Shown here in pieces: positions 25,135-34,975 of a stretch of 45,958 nucleotides of DNA (the first letter of the stretch is position 1; every line of letters starts with the position of its first letter). The stretch is from contig CAMBSX010000003.1 of the NCBI GenBank assembly GCA_945870655.1, positions 1-45,958 on the forward strand. Reading direction: 5' to 3'. The position numbers and the translations under genes were made by a program. The DNA comes from Chthoniobacter flavus. Its GTDB lineage: Bacteria; Verrucomicrobiota; Verrucomicrobiia; Chthoniobacterales; JACTMZ01. The notes below the pieces were generated by a model. That model searched no databases. It had not been told where the DNA came from and worked only from the letters and a program-made list of their open reading frames with translations.

Positions 25135-26730
25135 CTAAGGCGAAAGGGGGCTGCCGCGCAACCGTTTCGCCACCTCGCCGCCAAGGGAGTCCTTGATTTG
25201 CAGGGCCAACTTCGGACCGATACCCGGCACCGCGGCAATGTCCCCGACCGGGACCCGGCGCAACCGTTCGACCGAACCAAAGACGCGCAACAGCGCCTGC
25301 TTGCGCGTTTTGTTCACCCCTTCAATGTCGTCCAAACGGCTCTCGGATACCCGGCGCTTCATCAGCAGCTGGTGGTAGCCATTGGCCACACGGTGCGCCT
25401 CGTCCCGGATCCGTTGCAGCAGTTTCAGCCCCCCACTCTCGTGCGGCAGGCGCAAGGGCTGCGGGTCGTTGGGGAAAAAAATTTCCTCACGCTCCTTGGC
25501 CAGTCCGATCACCGGCTGACCGCGCAGCCCGAGTCGTCGCAACTCCCCGACTGCACTGGACAATTGACCGCGACCCCCGTCGACCACCACGAGATCCGGA
25601 ATACGGTCCGCCGTGGGCATGGGCAGCCGCGCCACCGCCTCCCCCGCATCCTCCTGGCTGAATTCCGCGACCTCGGGATGCGCTTCGCGCGCCACGGCCA
25701 ACAGCCGCGCGTAACGCCGGCGCACCACCTCGGCCATGCTGGCAAAGTCATCCTGCCCCTCCACCGTCCTGATCCGGTAACGACGGTAGCTGCTGCGGTC
25801 CGGGACGCCGTCCTTGAAGCGGACCATCGACGCCACCACGTGCGTGTTGGTGATGTTGGAAATGTCGAAACACTCCATGAGAGCGGGTGGACGCGGCAAG
25901 CCGAGGGCCTCCCCGAGTTCGGCCAGGTCGGCTTCCGGATTGACCGCACGGGGCAAAGCATCCCCGCGCAGAAAACGCCGCGACTTTGCCGCGGTGCGCC
26001 GCAGCGCGGTGACCAGATCACGCAGCGCCGCGGCCTTCTCGAAATCCTGCCGGGCGGCGGCGGCCTGCATTTCCTGCTCCAACTCTTCGGGCACATCTTT
26101 GCTCCGGCCCTCGAGAAATTTGCAGGCCTCAAGCACACGCGCCCGGTAGTCCGCCTCACTGATCTTGCCGACGCAGGGCGCGGAGCAATTTTTGATGATG
26201 TCATCGTGGCAGTGACGGTAATCTTTTTCCGTCGGCACACGCGGACGGCAGGAACGCAGGCCGTATTTGCGCTTGAGGATCTCGAGGGTCGCGCGGAGCG
26301 CGCCCGAGTGCGCGTAGGGACCGTAATAGCGGGCGCCATCGTTTTTCTTCAGCCGTACGAGGGAGAACTTGGGGAACGGATCGTCGAGGTTGACTTTGAT
26401 CTGGAGGAAATTTTTGTCGTCACGGAACGAAATATTGTATTTCGGCCGGTATTCCTTGATCAGCCGCCCCTCGAGCAGCACCGCCTCGGCGTCGGAACGG
26501 ACCACGTGCAGGGTAAAATCCCACACCGAGTCGAGCAAAGCGCGCGTCTTGAGGTCGGCCATCCGCGAGCGCGCCGGAGTGAAATAGTTGGCCAGTCGCT
26601 TGCGCAGGTCGCGCGCCTTGCCCACATAGATGACCCGGCTGAGCCGGTCACGCATGAGGTAAACCCCCGGCTTGTGCGGCACCTCGTGCAGGCGGGCGCG
26701 GAGATCGGGCTTGTCTCGGGCAGCAGGCAT
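25135..26730 (-). CDS. uvrC: Excinuclease ABC subunit C
   Basis: PGVYLM...YVGKA (GIY-YIG), ECFDIS, DDFASM, DGGRGQL, RDEAHR, C-terminal HhH. Start refined to MPAARDKP. Confidence 0.96.
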   Translation of the reverse strand: MPAARDKPDLRARLHEVPHKPGVYLMRDRLSRVIYVGKARDLRKRLANYFTPARSRMADLKTRALLDSVWDFTLHVVRSDAEAVLLEGRLIKEYRPKYNISFRDDKNFLQIKVNLDDPFPKFSLVRLKKNDGARYYGPYAHSGALRATLEILKRKYGLRSCRPRVPTEKDYRHCHDDIIKNCSAPCVGKISEADYRARVLEACKFLEGRSKDVPEELEQEMQAAAARQDFEKAAALRDLVTALRRTAAKSRRFLRGDALPRAVNPEADLAELGEALGLPRPPALMECFDISNITNTHVVASMVRFKDGVPDRSSYRRYRIRTVEGQDDFASMAEVVRRRYARLLAVAREAHPEVAEFSQEDAGEAVARLPMPTADRIPDLVVVDGGRGQLSSAVGELRRLGLRGQPVIGLAKEREEIFFPNDPQPLRLPHESGGLKLLQRIRDEAHRVANGYHQLLMKRRVSESRLDDIEGVNKTRKQALLRVFGSVERLRRVPVGDIAAVPGIGPKLALQIKDSLGGEVAKRLRGSPLSP

Positions 26731-26805
26731 CTCCGGCCAAATATAGCCACTCCGGCCGCCCCCGCCATCCTTGCATCGGACGACCAGACGGCTAACCTTT
26801 ACCCC

Positions 26806-27528
26806 GTGAGATTGCTCCTGGCTTCTTTTGCCACTTTGCTTACCGCCGCAAACGCCCTCGCGCAGGAGGCTTTGCCCCCCGTTCGCGCAGAGATCAATTT
26901 GTGGCAGGTCGTGCTCTCCGGAGGCCCCGTCATGATCCCTTTGGGGATTCTCTCGATCATCGCCGTGATGCTCATTCTGGTCTACCTTTTCACCATGCGG
27001 CGTGGCGCGGTGGTGACCAAGCGCTACATGGCAACGGCCGATGCCCTCCTGCGCAAACGGGACTACCTCGGTCTTCTCGCTATCTCCAACCGCCATCGCG
27101 AAGCCGTCGCCCGCGTCATGCAACGTACGCTGGACTTCGTCACCCAGCACCCGGAAGCCACCTACGCCGATGCCCGCGAAATCGCCGAAACCGAAGGTAC
27201 CCGCCAAGCCGCCGCCCTCAACCAGCGTATCACTTACCTTGCCGATATCGGCACCATCGCCCCAATGCTCGGCCTCTTCGGGACGGTGCTGGGCATGATC
27301 AAGTCTTTCAGCGTGGTGGCCAGCGATATCGTGGCCTCCCGACCCATCATGCTGGCCGAAGGCGTCTCGGAGGCCCTGGTGACCACAGCCACGGGCCTGG
27401 TCATCGGCATCCCGGCCATGGCCGCTTATTCTTTTTTCCGCGGACGCACCCAGTCGCTCATCGCGGAACTGGAGGCCGCTTCCACCCAGTTGATGGCCCT
27501 CATGTCGGTGGCTTTCACCCGGAAATAA
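26806..27528 (+). CDS. MotA/TolQ/ExbB proton channel family protein
   Basis: GGPVMIPL, IAPMLGLFGTVLGMI, GVSEALVTTATGLVIGIPA; GTG start with a signal-like leader. Confidence 0.92.
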   Translation: MRLLLASFATLLTAANALAQEALPPVRAEINLWQVVLSGGPVMIPLGILSIIAVMLILVYLFTMRRGAVVTKRYMATADALLRKRDYLGLLAISNRHREAVARVMQRTLDFVTQHPEATYADAREIAETEGTRQAAALNQRITYLADIGTIAPMLGLFGTVLGMIKSFSVVASDIVASRPIMLAEGVSEALVTTATGLVIGIPAMAAYSFFRGRTQSLIAELEAASTQLMALMSVAFTRK

Positions 27529-27587
27529 ACAGCACGCCCCGATCATTTTTTGGTGCCATCCGACCCGGTCGGCGCTATGAATACTCT

Positions 27588-27974
27588 GTGCGTTGGAGTC
27601 CCCTCATTCTTGTCATCTGTGCCGGTCTGTCTGCCTGCGCAACGCCGGAAAACCGCCGCGAGCTTTACGGGCCTTGGTACCCCTACAAGCCGATCCCCTA
27701 CACGCCTCCGGAGAAGGATGTGAATGATCGCGTGATCCAGCCCGTGGTGGCTCCCAACGACACCATTGTCCACTACGGCCCCGACCAACGGGAATTGATC
27801 CTCGGCACCTGGGGCATGGCCGGGCATCGGCCCAGCCTGCAATATCCCAGCACTCCGTGGAGCATGGAACAGCGCATCATCAGCCGCTACAACGACAAGG
27901 GTCTGGACGCGAAAAAAATCGCCGACCGCGAACGCGCCCGGAATTACGCGGCAGGCTCCTCCGCGGTCAGATAA
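27588..27974 (+). CDS. Hypothetical lipoprotein
   Basis: GTG start; RWSPLILVICAGLSAC lipobox (LSA-C). The 3' end overlaps convergent rdgB by 31 bp. Confidence 0.65.
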   Translation: MRWSPLILVICAGLSACATPENRRELYGPWYPYKPIPYTPPEKDVNDRVIQPVVAPNDTIVHYGPDQRELILGTWGMAGHRPSLQYPSTPWSMEQRIISRYNDKGLDAKKIADRERARNYAAGSSAVR

Positions 27975-28558
27975 GCAGACAAGGCGGCCAAGGCCCGCCC
28001 GCGATGGCTGCAGGCGTGCTTCTCTGCCGGAGCGAGTTCCGCAAATGTCTGCCCGCTTCCCTCCGGAACAAACAGGGCATCGTAGCCGAATCCCCCCTCG
28101 CCCCGCTCCGAAGGCGCGATAGATCCTTCCACCGCGCCGGAGAAAGTCCGGATCACCACCCCCTGTCTGGCCAAGGCCAGCACGCAGCGGAAACGCCCGC
28201 GTCGATCCGAACTTTGCCCCTTGCTTAATTTATCGCGCAAGAGGGCGCGGTTCGCTGCCATGCCGGCTCCCTCTCCCGCAAACCGCGCCGACCGCACGCC
28301 TGGCGCCCCTCCCAACGCATCGACCTCCAGGCCGGAATCATCGGCCAGTACCCAACCGGCGTAATGGGCCGAGGCGGCCAGCGCCTTCAATTTGGCGTTC
28401 TCTTCGAACGTGTCTCCCGTCTCCTCCACCTCCGGCAAATCCGGCCGCGCAGTGAGATCCTCGACCTCCCATCCGGCGCCGAGAATCTCCCGCACCTCGC
28501 GCGTTTTGTGCGCATTGCGCGTGGCGAAAAGCATGCGTTGCTTTGACACCTCCTTCAT
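27944..28558 (-). CDS. rdgB: Non-canonical purine NTP pyrophosphatase (dITP/XTP)
   Basis: [55 protein letters not shown]. Confidence 0.96.
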   Translation of the reverse strand: MKEVSKQRMLFATRNAHKTREVREILGAGWEVEDLTARPDLPEVEETGDTFEENAKLKALAASAHYAGWVLADDSGLEVDALGGAPGVRSARFAGEGAGMAANRALLRDKLSKGQSSDRRGRFRCVLALARQGVVIRTFSGAVEGSIAPSERGEGGFGYDALFVPEGSGQTFAELAPAEKHACSHRGRALAALSAYLTAEEPAA

Positions 28559-28588
28559 TCCCGGCAAAATGCGCGGTCTCCCCGCCTC

Positions 28589-31141
28589 ATGTCGAGCCAA
28601 CGCAAACAGTATCCCTTCCCGCAATTCGAGCCCAAGTGGCAGCAACACTGGGCCCGGACCGAAGCTTACCGCGCGCCGAACCCGGGCGAGGTGGATTTCG
28701 ATCCGACCAAGCCGAAATACTATGTCCTCGACATGTTCCCCTACCCGAGCGGCGAGGGACTCCACGTCGGCCATCCCGAAGGTTACACTGCGACGGACAT
28801 CCTCGCCCGTTGGCATCGGATGCGCGGCTTCAACGTGCTGCATCCCATGGGCTGGGACGCCTTCGGCCTGCCTGCCGAGCAATACGCGGTCAAAACCGGG
28901 CAGCACCCCGCCGTGACCACGGCCAAGAATATCGCGCGCTTCCGCCAACAACTGGACCGCATCGGATTCAGTTACGATTGGTCCCGCGAGGTCAACACCA
29001 CGGACCCCGACTACGTCCGCTGGACCCAATGGATTTTCCTACAGATTTACAACTCGTGGTTGAACCCCACCACCGGACGGGCCGAACCGATCTCCACTTA
29101 CGAGGGGACCGACCCGGACAGCGTCCGGCTCGCTTACGTCGCCGAAATGCCGGTCAACTGGTGCCCGGAACTCGGCACCGTCCTGGCCAACGAGGAAGTG
29201 GTCGACGGCAAAAGCGAGGTCGGCGGCTTTCCCGTCGAGCGCCGCCCCATGCGTCAATGGGTCCTGCGCATCACCGCTTTTGCCGAACGCTTGCTTGAGG
29301 GCCTCGACACCCTGGACTGGCCGGAATCGATCAAACTCCTGCAAAAAAACTGGATCGGCCGCAGCGAGGGGACCTTCGTTGATTTCACTCTCGAGTCCGG
29401 CGAAAGACTGACGGTCTATACCACCCGGCCCGATACCCTCTTTGGCGCCACTTATCTGGTGCTCGCCCCGGAGCACCCGCTCGTCGCGCAGATCACCGCG
29501 GCCGGGCAAAGACCAGCGGTCGACGACTACCTCAAGACTGCCGCGGCAAAATCCGAGCGCGACCGCCAAGATGCTTCGAAGGAAAAATCCGGCGTCTTCA
29601 CCGGAGCGCACGCTCTTAATCCGGTCAACAACACGCGCATCCCCGTCTGGATTTCCGACTACGTCCTCACCGGCTACGGCACCGGGGCCATCATGGCCGT
29701 CCCCGCCCACGACGAACGCGACCACGAATTTGCCGGAAAGTTCCACCTCCCCGTCATCGAGGTGGTGCAGCCTGCCCGACCTGTCGGGGGCTGCTTCACC
29801 GGCGAGGGCACCGCGATCAATTCCGGCCTCCTCGATGGACTCCCCACCGCCGAGGCCAAAGCCAAAATCACCAACTGGCTCGCAGAGCGCCAACTCGGCC
29901 GTGCTGCCGTACAATGCAAATTGCGCGACTGGCTGTTTTCGCGGCAGCGCTACTGGGGCGAACCCTTCCCCGTGGTGTGGGAAAACGGACGCCACCGCGC
30001 CCTTGATGCCTCCGAGCTTCCCGTCCGCTTGCCGGACCTCGCCGACTTCAAGCCGACCGGCACCGCGGAACCGCCCCTGGCCAAGGCCACTGATTGGGTC
30101 CGCTACTCCGCGACCGCCACCCGCGAGTTGAACACCATGCCGCAATGGGCCGGCTCCTGCTGGTACTACCTGCGTTATTGCGATCCGCGCAACCACAAGC
30201 GCTTCATCGGCGAGGAAGCCGCACGCTACTGGCTCGGCGACGGAAAGGAAAAGCCCGGAGGTGTCGATCTTTACGTCGGCGGCACGGAGCACGCCGTACT
30301 CCATCTCCTCTACTCGCGGTTCTGGCACATGGTGCTGCACGATCTTGGCCACCTCCCCACGCCCGAACCATTCCAGCGCCTCGTCAACCAAGGCATCATC
30401 CTCGGCACGGACGGGCAAAAAATGTCGAAGAGCCGCGGCAATGTGGTCAACCCCGACGAAGTGATCGACGCCTACGGCGCCGACGCCTTCCGCCTCTACG
30501 AGATGTTCATGGGACCGCTCGAGCAGATGAAACCGTGGAGCATGAAGGGCGTTGAAGGCGTCTACCGCTTCCTCGCCCGCGCCTGGCGTCTGGCCATGAC
30601 CGAAGACCAGGAAGGCAACTGGCAAATCTCCGCAAACGTGGCCGACGTCGACCCCACCGCCGCACAACTCCGCGTCCTCCATGCCACGATCAAGAAAGTC
30701 ACCGGCGACCTCGCCACGCTCTCCTTCAACACCGCCATCTCGCAGATGATGGTCTGCGTCAATGAATTCACCTCCGCGGAAAAACGCCCTGTCTCCGCCT
30801 TGCGCACCCTGCTTCTCCTCCTGAGCCCCTTCGCCCCGCACATGGCCGAGGAACTTTGGGAGCAACTCGGCAAAAAATTCCCCGGCTTCGAGGGCCCGGC
30901 CCACGGCCAAGCCTGGCCGGCCCACGACGATTCGCTTCTCGTGGAAAACGAAGTCGAGATCGTCCTGCAAATCAACGGCAAGGTCCGCGACAAAATCGTC
31001 ATGACGAAAGACGCCACCCGCGAGCAACTGGAGGCCGCCGCCCGCGCCAACGAAAAGTTTGCCGCCCAGCTGGCCGGCAAAGAAGTCCTCAAAGTCATCG
31101 CTGTCCCCGGCAAGCTGGTCAACTTCGTCATCCGGGGCTGA
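28589..31141 (+). CDS. leuS: Leucine--tRNA ligase
   Basis: MFPYPSG-GLHVGH (HIGH), YTTRPDT and [10 protein letters not shown] editing domain, SRQRYWG, KMSKS. Confidence 0.98.
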   Translation: MSSQRKQYPFPQFEPKWQQHWARTEAYRAPNPGEVDFDPTKPKYYVLDMFPYPSGEGLHVGHPEGYTATDILARWHRMRGFNVLHPMGWDAFGLPAEQYAVKTGQHPAVTTAKNIARFRQQLDRIGFSYDWSREVNTTDPDYVRWTQWIFLQIYNSWLNPTTGRAEPISTYEGTDPDSVRLAYVAEMPVNWCPELGTVLANEEVVDGKSEVGGFPVERRPMRQWVLRITAFAERLLEGLDTLDWPESIKLLQKNWIGRSEGTFVDFTLESGERLTVYTTRPDTLFGATYLVLAPEHPLVAQITAAGQRPAVDDYLKTAAAKSERDRQDASKEKSGVFTGAHALNPVNNTRIPVWISDYVLTGYGTGAIMAVPAHDERDHEFAGKFHLPVIEVVQPARPVGGCFTGEGTAINSGLLDGLPTAEAKAKITNWLAERQLGRAAVQCKLRDWLFSRQRYWGEPFPVVWENGRHRALDASELPVRLPDLADFKPTGTAEPPLAKATDWVRYSATATRELNTMPQWAGSCWYYLRYCDPRNHKRFIGEEAARYWLGDGKEKPGGVDLYVGGTEHAVLHLLYSRFWHMVLHDLGHLPTPEPFQRLVNQGIILGTDGQKMSKSRGNVVNPDEVIDAYGADAFRLYEMFMGPLEQMKPWSMKGVEGVYRFLARAWRLAMTEDQEGNWQISANVADVDPTAAQLRVLHATIKKVTGDLATLSFNTAISQMMVCVNEFTSAEKRPVSALRTLLLLLSPFAPHMAEELWEQLGKKFPGFEGPAHGQAWPAHDDSLLVENEVEIVLQINGKVRDKIVMTKDATREQLEAAARANEKFAAQLAGKEVLKVIAVPGKLVNFVIRG

Positions 31142-31198
31142 ACCGCGCTTGCCTCCGGCTGGATCGGAGCACTAGGTTGCAGTCGAGTTCCCCCTCCC

Positions 31199-32611
31199 AT
31201 GCAAAACCTTCTGGCCGGTCTTGTCGTTGTCATCCTCGCCACCGCGGCCCACGCCATGGAGGATCGTTTTTGGGATTATTACACCCCATACCCGAGCAAT
31301 TACATCGGCTCGGACCAATGGTGGGCAGGCGATGCCGCCAGTGGTGACTGGTGGGGCACCCGCAACTGGCTGGATGAGGAGCGCGGGGTGGAGTTTTCTT
31401 TCACCTATGTGAACAACTTGGCCGGCAATCCCACCGGCGGCCTGAGCCAGGGTTTCACCTACACCGACAACATTGCCTTCGGCGCGAAGCTGAATTTGGA
31501 AAAACTCATCGGCTGGCGCGGCGGCACCTTCACCATCGCGGCGACCGACCGCAACGGCAACAGCCTTTCCCAGGACTATATCGGCAACCAATTCACCGTG
31601 CAGCAGGTCTATGGCGGCCAGACCATCATTCTCACCGACCTCCATCTCACCCAGAAGTTTTGGAACGAAAAAGCGGAGGTCAAGGCCGGACGCTTTTCCT
31701 CGGGTGACGACTTTGCCAGCTCCCCTCTGTACTGGCTCTACATGAACAACGGGATCGACGGCAACCCGCAGGCCCTGCCAGTCAATGCCTCCTTCTCCGC
31801 CTACCCCTGGGCCAGCTGGGCCGCACGCCTGCGCATCGACCCTTCACCCGAGTGGAACGCCATGGCCGGTATTTACCAAGTCTCCAACAAAACCTTCAAC
31901 CGCGAACTCCACGGGGTGAATTTTTCTTTCGAAGAGAACGACGGTGTCATGATCCTCGGGCAAATCGGTTGGACGCCGGAATTCTTCAAACGCCCGGTGA
32001 CCCGTGCCGCGGCGAACTCGCCATCCACCGCCAAAGCCGCCATCGCGCCCGGGGACGGCCGGGTTGTGTTCGACGATGACGCGGAGAACACCAACGTGGA
32101 ATCCACCATGCGTGGCTTGCCCGGACACTATTGGTTCGGCGGCTACTACTCATCGTGGTCCTACCCGCAGTTCGGGACCTCCGATACCGCAGCCAATGCT
32201 TACGGCTTCTACTGGCATGCCGACCAGATGGTTTTTCAGGAGGATCCGGGCAGCAGCCAGGGACTGACCCTCTGGACTGCTTTTGTCCTCTCCCCGCAGG
32301 AGAATATCGCCAAGGTCCCCTTCCAGTGGAACTGCGGCGCCGCCTACCAGGGACTGCTGCCGCGGCGCGATCTAGACACCACCATGTTCGGCCTCGCTTA
32401 CGGAAATTTCAGCGATGACTACGGCAATGCCGGAGACGCGTTCAACGGAGATCCCGTCAGCTACGAAATGGCCCTGGAGTGGGGTTACCGCGTGCAACTC
32501 TCGAACTTCTTCTACGTCCAGCCGAACATCCAATACATCGTACAGCCTGGCGGCACCGGCTCGATTCCGGACGCCTTGGTCCTCGGAATGCAAATCGGGG
32601 TGACCTTCTGA
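31199..32611 (+). CDS. Carbohydrate-selective porin, OprB family
   Basis: Signal peptide, GDWWGTRNWL, LNLEKLIGW, VQQVYGG, QPNIQYIVQPGG; C-terminal Phe typical of a beta-barrel. Confidence 0.9.
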   Translation: MQNLLAGLVVVILATAAHAMEDRFWDYYTPYPSNYIGSDQWWAGDAASGDWWGTRNWLDEERGVEFSFTYVNNLAGNPTGGLSQGFTYTDNIAFGAKLNLEKLIGWRGGTFTIAATDRNGNSLSQDYIGNQFTVQQVYGGQTIILTDLHLTQKFWNEKAEVKAGRFSSGDDFASSPLYWLYMNNGIDGNPQALPVNASFSAYPWASWAARLRIDPSPEWNAMAGIYQVSNKTFNRELHGVNFSFEENDGVMILGQIGWTPEFFKRPVTRAAANSPSTAKAAIAPGDGRVVFDDDAENTNVESTMRGLPGHYWFGGYYSSWSYPQFGTSDTAANAYGFYWHADQMVFQEDPGSSQGLTLWTAFVLSPQENIAKVPFQWNCGAAYQGLLPRRDLDTTMFGLAYGNFSDDYGNAGDAFNGDPVSYEMALEWGYRVQLSNFFYVQPNIQYIVQPGGTGSIPDALVLGMQIGVTF

Positions 32612-32644
32612 GGCGGGGCCGCTTGTTTTTCCCGCCACCGCGGC

Positions 32645-34363
32645 TCACGCCATATAGCGCCCCGTCTCGCGCATCATCCGCCCGAGACGCGCCAACTTGT
32701 CCGGCCAGTGTTTGTCCCACTGGCTGACCGGCACCGGAAAGCGCTCGGTCCAATTCTGGTCGCCGATCGCGCCCGGAACATTGAAGCGCTCGGCCGTGCC
32801 GAAAATGTCGGTGATCATGTTAACCGCCAGCCAGGAATTGCTGGCCGAGAGTCCGCGCAGCAGGCCTTCGTGGATCTCGTCGCTCCACGGCGCCGGTAGC
32901 GAAACGTTCATCTCGGCGAAACGGCAAATCTCCTGCATCTGCCGCAGAGCCCGGCCCGCGCGGTCATGGTCGCCCGACTGCGAGTCCGCATACCAGCCGT
33001 CCCAATAAGCACGGAGCGCCGGATGGTCATGCGTGGCATAAGTGACCAAGGAAAGACGCTCGTATTCGCGCCCGGGTGTCGGCCAACCGTCCGGCGCGAT
33101 TTCCCAGAGCGGAATCTTGAAACCGGGAATTTCCTGTTCTTTGAGAACCGGACGCACATACGGCGACAACTCACCAAGATCCTCGGCAATAAGACGGTGT
33201 TGTCCCGTTTCCTCCACGATCATGCGGAACAACCGGTCGCCTTGCTCGCGATTCCTCTCGCGGCTCTCCTCGGACGAATCGTCGCCGGGCACAAAACCCG
33301 GCAAGAGCCCGCCGGTGCGCGCCTTGGCCTCTTCCTCGCTCAACGGCAGGAATTCTTCGTTGCGGTCCGGACGCCACGGGAAACTGTAAATGCGGAAGAA
33401 CCCCAAGGCGTGGTCGACGCGCAAAAAGTGGAAAATTTTCATCGTGGTGCCAAGGCGTCGACGCCACCACGCGTAGTCGTCCTTTGCCATTTCCTCCCAA
33501 CGATAAAGCGGAAAACCCCAATTCTGACCCCACTTGGCGGTAAAAGGGTCGGCCGCGAAAACTTTTTCCGGCGGCGCGCCGGCCGAACGCGTGAGGTCGA
33601 AAATCTCCGGTTGGGCAAAGACGTCCGCACTGAAAATACTCACCCCCACGGGCACATCGCCGACCAAGGCCACCTTCCGCGCCTCGCCGTAAGCTTTCAA
33701 CTCGGACCACTGACGGTAAGCCACCCACTGCACGTAGGCGAAGAAGTCGCGCCAGGCGCGGACCTTGCGCTTGTCCACCGGCGGGGCGGAGGAGAGCCAC
33801 TTCTTGGCGGCCGCGTGAGTGCGCTGTTTTTTGGGCCAAAGGTCGGTGTTTTCGTTCTCGCCATGCCAGCGGACCAAGGCGCGGAACAAAGTGTAAGGTT
33901 CCAGCCATGTCGCATTTTCCTTGCTCCACGCGGCAAACTCTCTGGCCCGCCGCGTTTTCTCTTTGATCTGCCTCGTCTTGAAATTTTTCCACGCCGTCTC
34001 GAGCAATTCGCCCTTCAAAGCGCGCACTCCACGGTAATTCACTTTGCCCTCGCGCAACGCGCCCAGATCATGCTGAGCGCAGATTTTTTTGTAATCCGCG
34101 GATGGCAAGTCCTTCAGCGTCTTGGGATTAGTCGCAATAGTGGTCGGATCAAGGGCCAGCGAACTGATAATATTGTAAGGACTGTTGTCCCCGCCCGTCT
34201 CGTTGATCGGCAAGACCTGGACCAGACCGAAACCGTGCTCCGAAGCCCAATCGATCATCTCCTTGAGAGATTCCGTGTCCCCGATCCCGAGGTCGTTTTC
34301 AGTGCGAAGGGCAAACAGGGGAACGAGCAGGCCGGATAACTTTTGATCAGGAGATAGTTTCAT
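32645..34363 (-). CDS. malQ: 4-alpha-glucanotransferase (GH77, amylomaltase)
   Basis: GIGD, QVLPIN, SPY, GDVPVGV, GQNWGFP, RVDHALGFFR, AEDLG, THDH, NVPG...NW. Confidence 0.93.
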   Translation of the reverse strand: MKLSPDQKLSGLLVPLFALRTENDLGIGDTESLKEMIDWASEHGFGLVQVLPINETGGDNSPYNIISSLALDPTTIATNPKTLKDLPSADYKKICAQHDLGALREGKVNYRGVRALKGELLETAWKNFKTRQIKEKTRRAREFAAWSKENATWLEPYTLFRALVRWHGENENTDLWPKKQRTHAAAKKWLSSAPPVDKRKVRAWRDFFAYVQWVAYRQWSELKAYGEARKVALVGDVPVGVSIFSADVFAQPEIFDLTRSAGAPPEKVFAADPFTAKWGQNWGFPLYRWEEMAKDDYAWWRRRLGTTMKIFHFLRVDHALGFFRIYSFPWRPDRNEEFLPLSEEEAKARTGGLLPGFVPGDDSSEESRERNREQGDRLFRMIVEETGQHRLIAEDLGELSPYVRPVLKEQEIPGFKIPLWEIAPDGWPTPGREYERLSLVTYATHDHPALRAYWDGWYADSQSGDHDRAGRALRQMQEICRFAEMNVSLPAPWSDEIHEGLLRGLSASNSWLAVNMITDIFGTAERFNVPGAIGDQNWTERFPVPVSQWDKHWPDKLARLGRMMRETGRYMA

Positions 34364-34534
34364 GAGCAAGTGAGGATCATCTTGCCCCTTCTCCTCTCTG
34401 TCCGGAAGCCCAAAGGAAGAGGCCTTAAACGAAATTCAGTCTTCGCGTATTGCTTCCTACTTGCTCGACTTGCGAAATTGCTTTATCGGTGTTAAAGACT
34501 TTCCCACCATCCACCTGCACCAATTTATATTCCT

Positions 34535-34843
34535 ATGGCAAACCTTACCAAACGCGACATGGTCGTCAAAATCTCCGATGAAGTCGGTATCACCCAGCAA
34601 CAGGCCTTCGACGTCATCCAGAAAACCTTGGAGCACATCACCGATAGCCTCGCCGCCGGCGATAATGTTGAATTGCGAAACTTTGGGGTATTTGAAGTGC
34701 GCCTGACCAAATCCCGCATCGGACGCAACCCGAACAAACCCGAAACCGACGTTGTCATTCCCGCCCGCGCCACAGTCAAGTTCAAGCCCGGCAAGATCAT
34801 GCGCCAGCGCGTCCTTCTCCGCACCGCCGAGCTCAGCAAATAG
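34535..34843 (+). CDS. HU/IHF family DNA-binding protein
   Basis: LTKRDMV...VELRNFGVF...RIGRNPNK...IPARATVKFKPGK. Confidence 0.95.
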   Translation: MANLTKRDMVVKISDEVGITQQQAFDVIQKTLEHITDSLAAGDNVELRNFGVFEVRLTKSRIGRNPNKPETDVVIPARATVKFKPGKIMRQRVLLRTAELSK

Positions 34844-34975
34844 AACGGATTCGAACGGCCTGGATGGCCCTCGGCGAATATTTTCTCCGGACAACCCATT
34901 TGCCGCGTTGCCTGACGCTTGCTTTCGCCTATCCTGTCCGGTTCGCCGACGGCTACCCGCCGGCCAAAATCCGGT

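Noticed and set aside
25135-27546. Apparent 803-aa UvrC with a long N-terminal extension, and a 776-aa ExbB ORF on the opposite strand
   Set aside because: Each extension is only the antisense of the other gene. The real genes are divergent, starting at 26730 (-) and 26806 (+).
27944-29029. 361-aa extended RdgB
   Set aside because: The extension is antisense to leuS; the RdgB motif begins at [15 protein letters not shown] (28558).
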